Assembly (NCBI GenBank): GCA_963668175.1
Contig: OY764159.1
Span: forward strand, 2,464,001-2,528,000
DNA from: Syntrophales bacterium
GTDB lineage: Bacteria; Desulfobacterota; Syntrophia; Syntrophales; PHBD01
Direction: 5' to 3'
DNA: 64,000 bases
The notes under the pieces: generated by a model
What the model saw: only the letters and a program-made list of their open reading frames with translations
Databases searched by the model: none
Told to the model about the DNA's origin: nothing
Program-made: the position numbers and the translations under genes
Shown here: positions 42,955 to 53,392 of the stretch, in pieces
Position numbering within the stretch: position 1 is the first letter of the stretch
Layout of the letters: each line of letters begins with the position of its first letter

Positions 42955-43220
42955 AAAAAAGCAAAGAAAGCGATAAAGTTAGGAAAGTTGTGATATCGGA
43001 CGGTTGGAGAGGCCGGCCCGGGAGGCATGCCCGCCGGAGCCGGGAAGAGGCAGGCCATTGTCCTGAAATACTGGACAAAATCCGGTGGGCCGGTACAAGG
43101 TGTCGCCGTATACAGGATTTTAACGGCAGGGACGTTTACGACGCCGGCTGACCGTTTTGAGTGACCCGCGGGGAAGACGTTGTACAATATTTAGAAATAT
43201 CAACATATTCGCTGCTGCGA

Positions 43221-43236
43221 TGGCCCCTTTTTTGCA
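43221..43236 (+). promoter_or_regulatory. Possible sigma54 promoter of the SnoaL gene
   Basis: TGGCCCCTTTTTTGCA, GG-N10-GC. Confidence 0.5.
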
Positions 43237-43368
43237 TAGCCCTTGCCAGCAGCCGTATCGTGATTATATTGCTTCCACATGAAAGCGGCGCACGGGAGGC
43301 AACCGGACGATCTGAACCGCCGCAAGTAACCGCGATACCGCCTCACGCCATTCGACTGTCAAGGAGGA

Positions 43369-43818
43369 ATGATCATGCAGGACACGCTTGCTCTGGAAAA
43401 CAAGAAGCTTATCGGCGCTTTCGTTAACGAAGTCTTCGTGAAGAGGAACCTCTCCGATCTGGACCGGTACATGAGAAGCGACTATATTCAGCACAATCCC
43501 ATGGCGAAACAGGGTATGGACGGCTTCCGGAAGTTCTTCAGGGACTGGTTCGACGCCGTGCCGAACTGGAATTACACCCTTAAGAAGATAGTCGCCGAAG
43601 GCGATCAGGTCTGGATATACGGCACATACGCCGGGACGCTCAAAAAGCCGTGGCTGGGCGCTCTGCCCTCGCCGCGGGGACTGAAATACGCTTACGATGC
43701 GGTGGACATCTTCCGCGTCCAGGACCACATGATTGCCGAACACTGGGACGTCATGGACGTCTACGAGCTCTACCGGCAGCTCGGCGTGCTCGCGGAGCGC
43801 CGGAAAAAGGCCGCCTGA
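43369..43818 (+). CDS. SnoaL-like / ester cyclase (NTF2 fold) protein
   Basis: DYIQHNP, GMDGF, VAEGDQV, VDIFRVQDHMIAEHWDVMD. Confidence 0.9.
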   Translation: MIMQDTLALENKKLIGAFVNEVFVKRNLSDLDRYMRSDYIQHNPMAKQGMDGFRKFFRDWFDAVPNWNYTLKKIVAEGDQVWIYGTYAGTLKKPWLGALPSPRGLKYAYDAVDIFRVQDHMIAEHWDVMDVYELYRQLGVLAERRKKAA

Positions 43819-44045
43819 CCGGTTTCGCAATCGCTGCCGCAGACAGGAAGATCGTCTTGGATGGTAGTTTCCACCTACCGTAGTCCTGCGGGTAAATCCC
43901 TATTCCCTTAGGCAGGCCGTTGCCTTAAGGTGCGCCGTGAACGCCGGACGGGGAGTATCCCCGCCGTCGAATGCGGCGGCCGGCCGTGATACAGGGCCGC
44001 AGAACATAGCGGACGCATATTGGGCAAAGACAGGGGGGATAAACC

Positions 44046-45002
44046 ATGCCGCTGAAAATGGACCCGGCAGAAGGTAAGGGACGGCCCGCGGGAGCCGCGG
44101 GCGTCTGGTTCCGGGTTTTCCGCCTCCATTATGTGCCCACCAGTATCTTTCCGGCCGTCCTGGGCAGCATCGTCGCCTGGGCAAGCTTTCATAAATTCGA
44201 CGCCTGGACTTTCTTCCTAGTGATCGTCGGCGTAACCGTCCATCACGTCGGTCTCAACATGATCGACGACGTCTTCGATTTTCTCCATGCCGTCGACCGT
44301 ACCCACGGCGGGGACAAGAATCCCTACACGGGAGGGAGCGGCATCCTCACGGGCGGGCTGCTTCCCGTTTACCGGGTCCTGTCGGCGTCGATCTTCTGCT
44401 ATATCGTCGCCGTCGGCATAGCCATGTACCTGACCGTCGCCGTCGGGTGGCCGGTCCTCGCCTTCACCGCCTTCGGCGTCTTATCGTCCATCTTCTACAC
44501 GACGCCCCCGATCCGCTACGGCTACCGGGGGTTCGGCGAGCTTTCGCTCCTGGTCAACTTCGGACCCGTCATCAGCCTCGGGGCCTTCTACGTCCAGACG
44601 GGGACGATCGCGTGGGAGCCCTTCGTCGTGTCCCTCGTCCCCGGGTTCCTCATGTGGTCCATGATCGTCATCAACGAGATACCCGATTACGAGGAGGACC
44701 GGGAAGCGGGAAAACTGAACCTCGTCGCCCGCCACGGCCGGAAATCGGGCGTCGTCCTGTATGTCGCCGGACTTGTCTGCGCCTACGCCGTCATGATCCT
44801 GTCCGTCGCTTTCGCCTGGACGCCGTCGGGCGTTCTCCTGGGACTGCTCACCGTCCCCGCCGCCTGGAACGCTTACCGCATCCTGGAACGGAATTACATG
44901 GACAGGATGGAAATGGCCCCGGCGAACCTCGCCACCATCAGGGTCCACGCCCTGACGCTGATCTTCCTCATCGCGGGCTACGCCGCCGCAGGCTACCGGT
45001 GA
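44046..45002 (+). CDS. menA: UbiA-family prenyltransferase (MenA-like)
   Basis: NMIDDVFDF...VD, GGSG, FYTTPP.RYGYRGFGE, INEIPDYEEDREAGKLNL. Confidence 0.8.
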   Translation: MPLKMDPAEGKGRPAGAAGVWFRVFRLHYVPTSIFPAVLGSIVAWASFHKFDAWTFFLVIVGVTVHHVGLNMIDDVFDFLHAVDRTHGGDKNPYTGGSGILTGGLLPVYRVLSASIFCYIVAVGIAMYLTVAVGWPVLAFTAFGVLSSIFYTTPPIRYGYRGFGELSLLVNFGPVISLGAFYVQTGTIAWEPFVVSLVPGFLMWSMIVINEIPDYEEDREAGKLNLVARHGRKSGVVLYVAGLVCAYAVMILSVAFAWTPSGVLLGLLTVPAAWNAYRILERNYMDRMEMAPANLATIRVHALTLIFLIAGYAAAGYR

Positions 45003-45647
45003 GGCCGTCCCAATACCATCGTTTCATCATATAACCGCCTTCTTTCCGCTTGAGGCACTGCCTCGCGGCAGCGACCCGATTTAGAGAGACTTGCATATTT
45101 CCCGTCAAGTATTTCATCTCCCAATATGCGCCCGCGTTCTATCTTTCGACGTTTCCGGCAAGGAGAGCTATGCCCGGGACCATAACACCGACAGGAATCA
45201 TCGTCCGTTTCATAATCCCCCCACAGGACCCGGGAGTTAAGAATGTATATATCCAAAAAGAACAAGATAGCGAATGTCGATGAACATATAGAATAGAAGC
45301 TGTTTCCTATCATGACATTCCATATAGACGATCCGGGTGGATTGGAAACGAATGGCCGGAAATGCGGCAAGGGACCGTGCCCCGCCGAACCGGACCGGCA
45401 CGCCGGAATCTCCACAATCATGACTCTTTCCTTCATCCTTCGGTTGATGAATTTTTTGAAATGTGAGAGATTACGGCGGATAGGGTTGACGCATGGCAGT
45501 GCCTCGCGATCGTCGTCGGGAGGGGGAACACGCGTCGACCCACGGTACGGGAACCCGTCTCCTCCTCTGTTTATTCAAGTTGCTGCTCGGTCATTTCCTG
45601 GAAAACCGTCGAAAATCTCCATTTAACATCTGAACGATAGGAAGATC

Positions 45648-48203
45648 ATGATCGATATCTTTCACTCCCCCGTCTTTGAAGACGAGGACAAGACGCTCAA
45701 TGCCAGGCTCCTCTTCACGATCACCTGGACTTTCATGCTCACGGGATGGCTCACGGTGTTCATCGCGGTCTTCATACCGGAAACGACGGGCCGCTGGCTT
45801 CTGCTCATCGCTTTTATCGAGCTTATGGGACTCGTACTGCTTGCGCTGAACGCGAACGGATACACACGCGCGGTAACGAATCTCATGATCGGCGCCATCT
45901 GGCTGGCGGCGACCGCCATGGCCCTCACGGGCGGCGGCACCCGTTCCAATGCGATGGCCATCTATCTCGTCGCCGTCGTCATTGCGGGTCTCGTGCAGAG
46001 CGGCAGGGCGGGCGCCGCGACGGCCGCTTTCTGCAGCCTCACGGGGCTGGCGCTCGTGTATCTCGAATACGAGGGCCTTCTGCCGAAAAGCCGGATCGCG
46101 CATAACCCCCTGACGCTCTGGATCGCGTACACGTCGTATATGGCGATTATCATCGTCCTGCAATACCTGGTCAGCGGCACGATCAGAAACGCCCTGAAGC
46201 AGTCGCGGCGGGAACTGAGAAGCCGGCAGCATGCCGATGCGGCCCTGCGCGAAAGCGAGGAGCGTTTCCGCTCTTACGTGGAAAATGTCAACGACATCGT
46301 CTACACGCTTTCGCTGGAAGGCATGTTCGCCTATGTTTCGCCGATATGGACGGAAAAACTCGGCCACGATGTCTCCGAGGTCGAAGGCCGTTCGTATGAG
46401 GCGTTCGTGCATCCCGAGGATGCACACTTGTGCCGCGCGTTTGTCGAGCGGACCGCAACGACGGGAAGGAAGCAGGCCGGTGTCGAATACCGGGTGCGAC
46501 ACAAGAACGGCGAGTGGCTGTGGCATACGTCGAATATTTCGCCCCTGCGCGACGCCGACGGTACGAAGATCTCCAGCCTCCTGGGGGTCGCCCGCGACAT
46601 CACGGAGCGCAAGCGCGCCGAGGAGGCCCTCCGGGAGAGCGAGGACCGCTTCCGCGGCATGATCGAACAGTCGCCCCTTTCCACCCAAGTCCTGTCGCCC
46701 GCGGGCGAGGTCATCCATGTGAACGAGGCCTTCGTGAAACTTTGGGGCATCACGGCGGAAGACATGAAAGGCTACAGTATCCTTCGCGACAGGCAGCTTG
46801 AAGACGCCGGAGTCACGCCGATCCTGCGAAAGGCGTTCGCGGGGGAGCAGGCAATGACGCATATCGTCGAGTACGACGCGAGTAGCACGCTCGGAAAGGG
46901 CAAGCGGGTTTTCGCGCAGGGCGTCTTCTATCCCGTCCTGGATGCCGGCGGCGCCCTCCGCTACGTTATCCTCGTCCACCTGGACTTCACCGCGCGCGCA
47001 CGGGCCGACGAAGAAAGGAAGAAGCTCCAGGAGCAGCTCCAGCAGGCCCAGAGAATGGAAGCCATCGGGACACTGGCAGGCGGCATCGCCCACGATTTCA
47101 ACAATATTCTGACGGGCATCATCGGCTACACGGATCTGTACATCAACGAGGTGCGCGACCGGCCGGAAGTCCACCACGGCATGAAGCAGGTCTTGCAGGC
47201 CGGCAATCGCGCCAAGGACCTGATTACGCAGATCCTGACCTTCAGCCGCATGACCAACAAGGAAAAGATACCCATCAAGCTTGAACCCGTCGTCAACGAG
47301 ATCGTTAAATTCATGCGGGCGTCGCTGCCGACGACCATCGAAATCCGGAAAGACGTCGGAGCCGTTTCCGGCGCCGTCATGGCCGATCCCACTCAGATGC
47401 ACCAGGTGCTGATGAACCTGTGCACCAACGCCGGGTTCGCCATGAAGGATACGGGCGGCCTCCTGACGATCGTTCTGCGGGAATCGACGGTGACCCCGGA
47501 GGACCTCGACCGCCATCCGGCCCTGAAACCCGGACGCTATCTTCAGGTGACTGTTCGGGACACGGGCTGCGGCATTTCCGAAGAAAACCTGGGGAGGATA
47601 TTCGACCCCTATTTCACGACCAAGGAGAAAGGCGAAGGAACGGGGCTGGGGCTGGCCGTCGTGCACGGGATCGTCAAGGACCACGGCGGGGAGATCGACG
47701 TGGAAAGCAAACCGGGACAGGGGACCGTTTTCAGGATTTATCTGCCGTTGATGGAAGCGAAGGCGGTCGACGAGAAAAAGACCGCCGACGTCATGCCGAT
47801 GGGAAAAGGCGAAAGGATCCTTTTTGTGGACGACGAGAAGATCGCCGTCCAATTGAGCAGGGAGATGTTCGAAAAGCTCAACTACCGCGTAACGGCAACG
47901 GGGGATCCCGTGCAGGCCCTCGAACTGTTCAGGAAGGAAAGCGGCGCATTCGACCTGGTAATTACGGACAAGACCATGCCGCATATGACCGGTTTCGATC
48001 TTACGCGGGCCGTCCGGGACATCCGGGCCGACATCCCCGTTCTCATCTGTTCCGGATTCCAGGAACAGGGGGACCAGGAAAAGCTCTCCGCATTGGGTAT
48101 CGGCCGGATGCTGATGAAGCCGATCCCCATGAAAGTGCTCGCCGGGGCCGTCCGCGACATCCTGGACGGAAACGGGGAGACGCCGGAGACCATTTCGATA
48201 TAA
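45648..48203 (+). CDS. Membrane hybrid histidine kinase: about 6 TM-PAS-PAS-HisKA-HATPase-REC
   Basis: N-terminal TM bundle; [36 protein letters not shown]. Confidence 0.93.
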   Translation: MIDIFHSPVFEDEDKTLNARLLFTITWTFMLTGWLTVFIAVFIPETTGRWLLLIAFIELMGLVLLALNANGYTRAVTNLMIGAIWLAATAMALTGGGTRSNAMAIYLVAVVIAGLVQSGRAGAATAAFCSLTGLALVYLEYEGLLPKSRIAHNPLTLWIAYTSYMAIIIVLQYLVSGTIRNALKQSRRELRSRQHADAALRESEERFRSYVENVNDIVYTLSLEGMFAYVSPIWTEKLGHDVSEVEGRSYEAFVHPEDAHLCRAFVERTATTGRKQAGVEYRVRHKNGEWLWHTSNISPLRDADGTKISSLLGVARDITERKRAEEALRESEDRFRGMIEQSPLSTQVLSPAGEVIHVNEAFVKLWGITAEDMKGYSILRDRQLEDAGVTPILRKAFAGEQAMTHIVEYDASSTLGKGKRVFAQGVFYPVLDAGGALRYVILVHLDFTARARADEERKKLQEQLQQAQRMEAIGTLAGGIAHDFNNILTGIIGYTDLYINEVRDRPEVHHGMKQVLQAGNRAKDLITQILTFSRMTNKEKIPIKLEPVVNEIVKFMRASLPTTIEIRKDVGAVSGAVMADPTQMHQVLMNLCTNAGFAMKDTGGLLTIVLRESTVTPEDLDRHPALKPGRYLQVTVRDTGCGISEENLGRIFDPYFTTKEKGEGTGLGLAVVHGIVKDHGGEIDVESKPGQGTVFRIYLPLMEAKAVDEKKTADVMPMGKGERILFVDDEKIAVQLSREMFEKLNYRVTATGDPVQALELFRKESGAFDLVITDKTMPHMTGFDLTRAVRDIRADIPVLICSGFQEQGDQEKLSALGIGRMLMKPIPMKVLAGAVRDILDGNGETPETISI

Positions 48204-48423
48204 AACTCCGGGGCGGCGGCCTCCGGATTGTGCCGGCAAGGGTAACACCGGGCAATCCGATTGCGTCTTCGGTCCCCGTCATCCGCCATGCCTGTGCCGC
48301 ATTTAAGAAAATAATCACGCACCTGTCGATATGACGGCTTCCAATCGTACACGAAAGAAATAGCGGCGCATTCACTAGGAACCGTAACTTATCATTCAAA
48401 ACCGGAAATCGGGGAGGAAGATT

Positions 48424-49050
48424 ATGGAACCGACGATTTGGGTAGAAGCGGTCGGCAAGCTGGCGCCCACAGGTATTGCCGGAATCAGTATCTTCTATGT
48501 ATACCTTCAATACAGGCGCAGTCAAAAATGGAGAGCGTCCGATCTGGCTCAGACTCTCCTGCAGAAACTGGATTCGGACCAATCCCTCAACCTGGCGTGT
48601 CAGGCCCTCGATTGGGGAGTCGGCCCGCTTATCCTTCCGGATCGATACCGTCCGCTTTTTCCTTATGAGAAAGAGGGCGCAATGACGGCGATCATGGCGC
48701 ACGATCCGGAAGTTTTGTGTGAGGCGGTTAAACCTCGGCTGAATGAGTCGACACTGCGTGATCCCCGGGGTCTTGTCTACCGATACTGTTTCATCAAGCT
48801 GTTTGATTTTTTCGATAAGATGTACAGATTGGTAATGACGCGCCAATTATCGCTGGAGGATATAGGCGATGCAAGATACTGGCTGTTGCAGATTCGGGAT
48901 TACGCATATGCTCCGCACACGCGAGAAGGGCGCTCCGTATTTCAGCCGGCCCTGCATCGATGGGATTTCAGGAACGTCATCCTGTTGGGGGAAATGCTCG
49001 ATGTGAAGGATTGGAGCCGAGGCGAAGAATGGACGGATAAGAACGGCTGA
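48424..49050 (+). CDS. Hypothetical protein with N-terminal membrane anchor (lower GC)
   Basis: SD GGGGAGG; 208-aa ORF; no family recognised. Confidence 0.7.
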   Translation: MEPTIWVEAVGKLAPTGIAGISIFYVYLQYRRSQKWRASDLAQTLLQKLDSDQSLNLACQALDWGVGPLILPDRYRPLFPYEKEGAMTAIMAHDPEVLCEAVKPRLNESTLRDPRGLVYRYCFIKLFDFFDKMYRLVMTRQLSLEDIGDARYWLLQIRDYAYAPHTREGRSVFQPALHRWDFRNVILLGEMLDVKDWSRGEEWTDKNG

Positions 49051-49204
49051 GACGGCGGAGCAATGCCGCCGGACAACACATAACCGCTGATCGCCGTTTC
49101 GCCGGGGATTTCATGAGAATCTTTCCAGCAGACGGCATCGATGCGGATTCGCGGGTGACGCAGTAAGATAAACGGCTTCCGACGTCATTTTATACCCGGG
49201 TTCT

Positions 49205-49699
49205 CTACGGGAGACGGTTGCCTCCGTCGACGGCGTCCTCGATCTTCAGGGCGTATTCCTTCATCCGGGCCTCGGCGTCGTCCATGCCGTGGCAGACGGC
49301 AGTCAATGCCAGGATGCGCCGGTAAGAGGGGATGTCGATCAGCTCGACCGTTATGCCCAGGTTGAAGCCGACCTGGTTCACCGTCCCGTACACGACATAA
49401 TCGGCGCCCGTATGCCTGCCCGCGAAGTAAATATCGCCTAGGGAGAGGTCCGCGCGCTCCTTGCCCCGAAGGGCGCCCTGCGCGTCCGGGCCGAGAAGCC
49501 TGATCCGGCCGTCCTCGGCCAGCGGTTCCCGGAATATGCGGAGAACGGTCCGTTCGATGTCGCTTCTATTCTCCACGTCGTGGACGGTGAACGGCAGCAC
49601 CAGGACGGTCTTGACACCGCCCGTGCCGGCCGCCGGGGCATCCGCCCAGGCGGGCAGCAAAATCAGAATCGCCGTCAGGAAACAGGCCGCGGTCTTCAT
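49205..49699 (-). CDS. Exported protein, TolB-N/CsgG/FlgO-like fold
   Basis: SD AAGGAG; signal peptide; VLVLPF...GADYVVYGTV...ITVELID pattern. Confidence 0.65.
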   Translation of the reverse strand: MKTAACFLTAILILLPAWADAPAAGTGGVKTVLVLPFTVHDVENRSDIERTVLRIFREPLAEDGRIRLLGPDAQGALRGKERADLSLGDIYFAGRHTGADYVVYGTVNQVGFNLGITVELIDIPSYRRILALTAVCHGMDDAEARMKEYALKIEDAVDGGNRLP

Positions 49700-50017
49700 G
49701 CGCTCTCTCCTTCGGAGAAAAATACTCATCGTGTAAAAAGCTACACCCGAAAGAGGAGAGAATGCAACCGTAGTTTCTTGGGAGGAAAAAGGGGCTGCGG
49801 CGAAGGCCCGCATATGCGTGACCCCTGCGGAACAGGGAAACCGCCGCCGCATGTCAAACCCTCCGGAAGCGGGACCGGTCCCTGCGGTCGGCAAGCCTTC
49901 CGTTAAATATGGAATCCCGGTTTTGAATATGATAAATCGCCGGAGGGCGGCTCGACCGCATTGTCCAGCCGATCTCGCGACGGTGTCAAGCTGCTTTTCT
50001 TTCTACAAGGAGGTTTT

Positions 50018-50452
50018 ATGGACGAGCAATTCGAACAGGTAACGGTCAATTTGATAAATCGGAAGGTTCAGTTCATCGGCGTATCAAGGTCTAATCCGGA
50101 GCGTCCCGTTACATTCGATTATAAAGCCCCTCTCGGGGATGGCCAGGGTTACAACGGTCTTGAACTGCTGCTGATGAGTTTTGCCGGATGCAGCGGAACG
50201 GCGATCCTGTATCTGCTGAGAAAAATGGGCAAGGACGTATCCGGCATGCAAGTCAATGCCAAGGGTCTGAGACGCGACCAGCCTCCCATCAAATTTGAAA
50301 AAATATTTCTCGAATTCGTTTTGACCTCGGCCGATACGCGAGATGCGGATATACAAAAAGCGATTCGTCTTGCCGAAGAATCCGTGTGCCCCGTATGGCA
50401 GATGATCAAGAATAACGTTTCGGTCACGACCGAATACAGGATTAACGCCTGA
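50018..50452 (+). CDS. OsmC/Ohr family protein
   Basis: SD AAGGAGG; ELLLMSFAGCSG and SVCPVW conserved Cys pair. Confidence 0.9.
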   Translation: MDEQFEQVTVNLINRKVQFIGVSRSNPERPVTFDYKAPLGDGQGYNGLELLLMSFAGCSGTAILYLLRKMGKDVSGMQVNAKGLRRDQPPIKFEKIFLEFVLTSADTRDADIQKAIRLAEESVCPVWQMIKNNVSVTTEYRINA

Positions 50453-50664
50453 CGCGGCAGACAACGGCTTGTCCCGCCTGCGGCCGTAAGATGTGGAAGT
50501 TAACAGCCGCGGCCGATTTCGCGCCCTGTCCGCGGGATTTATGGTTTTCCAGCATTGAAAAACAGGGATAGCGTCGGCGCCCGGGCCGTTTGGCCCGGGC
50601 GCCGATTCTCTTTCGCATGCCGGACGGCCCGCCGGTCATGCCTGCGGAACCGCCGCCGGTATCA

Positions 50665-52602
50665 TTAAAAATCCTTGAAATCGCCTTCGTCGAAGGGAAT
50701 GACCTGTTCGGGTTTAGCCGCGCCGGCGCGCCCCTTTTTTTTCGCCGCCGGCCGCGCACCGGTTTCCGCGGCGGAAGGCGGAAGCGCCGGAAGCCTTCCC
50801 GCCGCAGCAGGCATGGAAAGCGCCGCATCGCCTGCGCGAACGGGCGCGTCGCCGCGGCCGCCGCCGATAACGCCGGCAAGGTCGCGGACCGCTTCCCGCA
50901 TGGCGACCGCCTGGGCGTTCATCTCTTCGGAGGCCGATGCGGATTCCTCGGCATTGGCCGCAGTCTCCTGGGTCACCTTGTCCATTTCCACGACGGCCCT
51001 GGCGACCTGCTCGATGCCCTGGACCTGTTCGTCGGATGCCGCCGCGATCTCGTCGATGAGGCTTCCCATCTTCATGGTGATGTCCATGTTGCGCCGGAAC
51101 GACTCCTTGGTGGCGTCCGTGAGGCGGGTGCCGTTCCTGACGTCGTCCATGGTGTTTTCGATCAGGGTGCTGGTGTTCTTGGCGGCTTCGGACGCCCTTA
51201 AGGCCAGGTTCCGGACTTCCTCGGCGACGACGGCGAACCCCGCCCCGGCCTCGCCGGCCCTTGCCGCTTCCACGGCGGCGTTAAGGGCGAGGAGATTCGT
51301 CTGGAAGGCGATCTCGTCGATGGTTTTCAGGATCTTCGCCGTCTCCTCGCTGGAGGAGGCGACGGCGGTCATGGCCTTCGCCAGGCTGTTCATGTGGCGG
51401 TCGACGTCCGTAACGATGTTCTCCGCCTCGTCCATCATGCTCTTCGCCTCGCGGGCGTTATCGGCGTTCCGGCGGGTCATGGAGGACATCTCCTCCATGG
51501 ACGAGGACATCTCCTCAAGCGACGACGCCTGTTCGGCTGCGCCCTCGGCCAGGTTCTGGCTGGCGGAAGCCACCTGCGTGGACGAGGAAGCCAGTTCGGC
51601 GGAAACGTTGTTGAGGCGGTCGGCGATGCGCCGGATCGGGCCGGAGATGCTCCGGGAAAAGAGGAGAACCAGCGGAACGGTCAGGGCCAGGAAGATAAGG
51701 CCCGTCAGGACAATGTAATTGCGCAGGGCGTGGGACTCCGCGAGCATCTCGTCGACGTTCTGGACGACGGCGATGCTCCAGCCGGTCGTCTCGACGGGGG
51801 CGTAACCGGCCATCTTCCTGAAGCCGCCGAAGGTGAAGACAGCGTATCCCGTCCTGAGGGACGTCATCTGAGTCCCGATTTCCTTCAGGCCGTCCTGCTG
51901 GTTGGTATTGACGGCCATGATCAGCTCCTTTTTCGGATGGGCGATGAAAAGGCCGGTCTTGTCGATCATCATCGCGTACCCCGTCTGTCCGATCCTGAGG
52001 GCGGTGACCCTGTCGGCGACGAAGCCCACCTTGATGACGAAGACCACGACGCCGGCGAAACCGCCCGGGCCGGACATGATGGGCGCGCAGACGATGGCCA
52101 CGGGAAGGCCCGTCACCCTCGATTTGACGATATCGCCGATCGAGGCCTTGCCGCCCCTGGCAATGCCGAAATACGCCCGCTGGCCGATGGGAAGGCCCTT
52201 GTAGCCGCCGCCGTTGCCGTCGGCATAGATGATGCCCTCCGCATCCGCGATGAAAATGGCCTCGTAATCGCCGCCCATCTTGGCCAGAAACGCGGTCAGC
52301 CTCTTGTCCAGGGTCGCCACGTCGGCGGCGGCAGCGGCCTTGCCGTTCTTCGCGACATTGGCGGCCGCCTCCACGATCTCATGATCGATGGACAGGTTCG
52401 CTGCAATCTTCAATTCTTCGTTGAGAAGCGACTTGACATTATCGGCGAGATGCTGCGCGGTGCTTACCATCTGGACCCTCGCCGCCTCTTCGAGGGCGTT
52501 CGACGATTTCACCGCCGAGATGACGCCGGCGACGATCAGAGGCACGGCGACAATGAGAATTCCACCACAAACCAACTTGAAACCCAACGTCCAGCTTTTC
52601 AT
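50665..52602 (-). CDS. Methyl-accepting chemotaxis protein, dCache sensor, C-terminal pentapeptide-type motif DFKDF
   Basis: Cache motifs [25 protein letters not shown] hairpin; tail [12 protein letters not shown]. Confidence 0.95.
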   Translation of the reverse strand: MKSWTLGFKLVCGGILIVAVPLIVAGVISAVKSSNALEEAARVQMVSTAQHLADNVKSLLNEELKIAANLSIDHEIVEAAANVAKNGKAAAAADVATLDKRLTAFLAKMGGDYEAIFIADAEGIIYADGNGGGYKGLPIGQRAYFGIARGGKASIGDIVKSRVTGLPVAIVCAPIMSGPGGFAGVVVFVIKVGFVADRVTALRIGQTGYAMMIDKTGLFIAHPKKELIMAVNTNQQDGLKEIGTQMTSLRTGYAVFTFGGFRKMAGYAPVETTGWSIAVVQNVDEMLAESHALRNYIVLTGLIFLALTVPLVLLFSRSISGPIRRIADRLNNVSAELASSSTQVASASQNLAEGAAEQASSLEEMSSSMEEMSSMTRRNADNAREAKSMMDEAENIVTDVDRHMNSLAKAMTAVASSSEETAKILKTIDEIAFQTNLLALNAAVEAARAGEAGAGFAVVAEEVRNLALRASEAAKNTSTLIENTMDDVRNGTRLTDATKESFRRNMDITMKMGSLIDEIAAASDEQVQGIEQVARAVVEMDKVTQETAANAEESASASEEMNAQAVAMREAVRDLAGVIGGGRGDAPVRAGDAALSMPAAAGRLPALPPSAAETGARPAAKKKGRAGAAKPEQVIPFDEGDFKDF

Positions 52603-53009
52603 AGATTCCCCCCCCCAGAATGATTTGTAATCAGAATCGCGGGATTTGGCCCGACCGTTCAAACGGTCCTGTTTTTCAAGATAGAGACACGGGCATGGGC
52701 GCCCTTCCTTTCACCTCCTTACGTGATCCTCCATAGTCGTTGCATATCCGTTCCAGTCGCTGTAAAACCCGCAAATGCCGTCTGCCTTCCTGCGTTTTTC
52801 TCTCCGGAGGCACGCGGGCTATTCCCGCAATCGTACCGCCGCCGTTTTTAGAGGATTTCTCCCCGCTTGGCAAGACAAAATTGTTCGCGCAGCACCGTCC
52901 GGCGGGAAGGATTGCGGATAACATTCGGGAAATATCGCGAATGTGAGGCCGATGGAACGTGCGACAACTTTGTCGGCATTCTTAAAATTCCGGAGTTCCT
53001 GCCGGGAAA

Positions 53010-53258
53010 TCAAGCGCGGCCGCGGGGCTTCAACCGCATGAGGCTTTTCCTGCCGTGTCCGGCGGCGACGGTTTCCGACCGTGAAGGCGCGGGCGCGGCC
53101 CGGTCTTCGGTTAATAGTCTTATGCAGTAATCATGGAAAATCAGCAGAAAAGCGCTGTCGTTTTTCTCCATGGCTCTCCGGGCGTCGGCCGGTATCGATT
53201 CGCCGTACAGGGCAACACTATGTTTGCCGCGGAAAAACAGCTTTTGCAGAAAGTTCAT
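53010..53258 (-). CDS. Possible small hypothetical protein
   Basis: 82-aa ORF filling the gap between two MCP genes; weak RBS. Confidence 0.25.
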   Translation of the reverse strand: MNFLQKLFFRGKHSVALYGESIPADARRAMEKNDSAFLLIFHDYCIRLLTEDRAAPAPSRSETVAAGHGRKSLMRLKPRGRA

Positions 53259-53392
53259 GATGATATGCCTTTTTCCGGCGCCGCAGGCGGTGCCGGGGAG
53301 AATGGGCGGCGCCGCCTGCGCATCGGCCCTCGCGGTTTAAGATGAGGAAAATGCGGGGAGCCTGTCGCTAAACGGGCCCCCCGCAGAATATT

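Noticed and set aside
45030..45213. Minus-strand ORF MKRTMIPVGV... interrupted by TAG (possible readthrough or pyrrolysine)
   Set aside because: No homology recognised and no pyl genes in the window; more likely a decayed fragment or chance
52741..52755. TGGAACGGATATGCA as a sigma54 promoter
   Set aside because: GG-to-GC spacing is 9 nt, not the required 10
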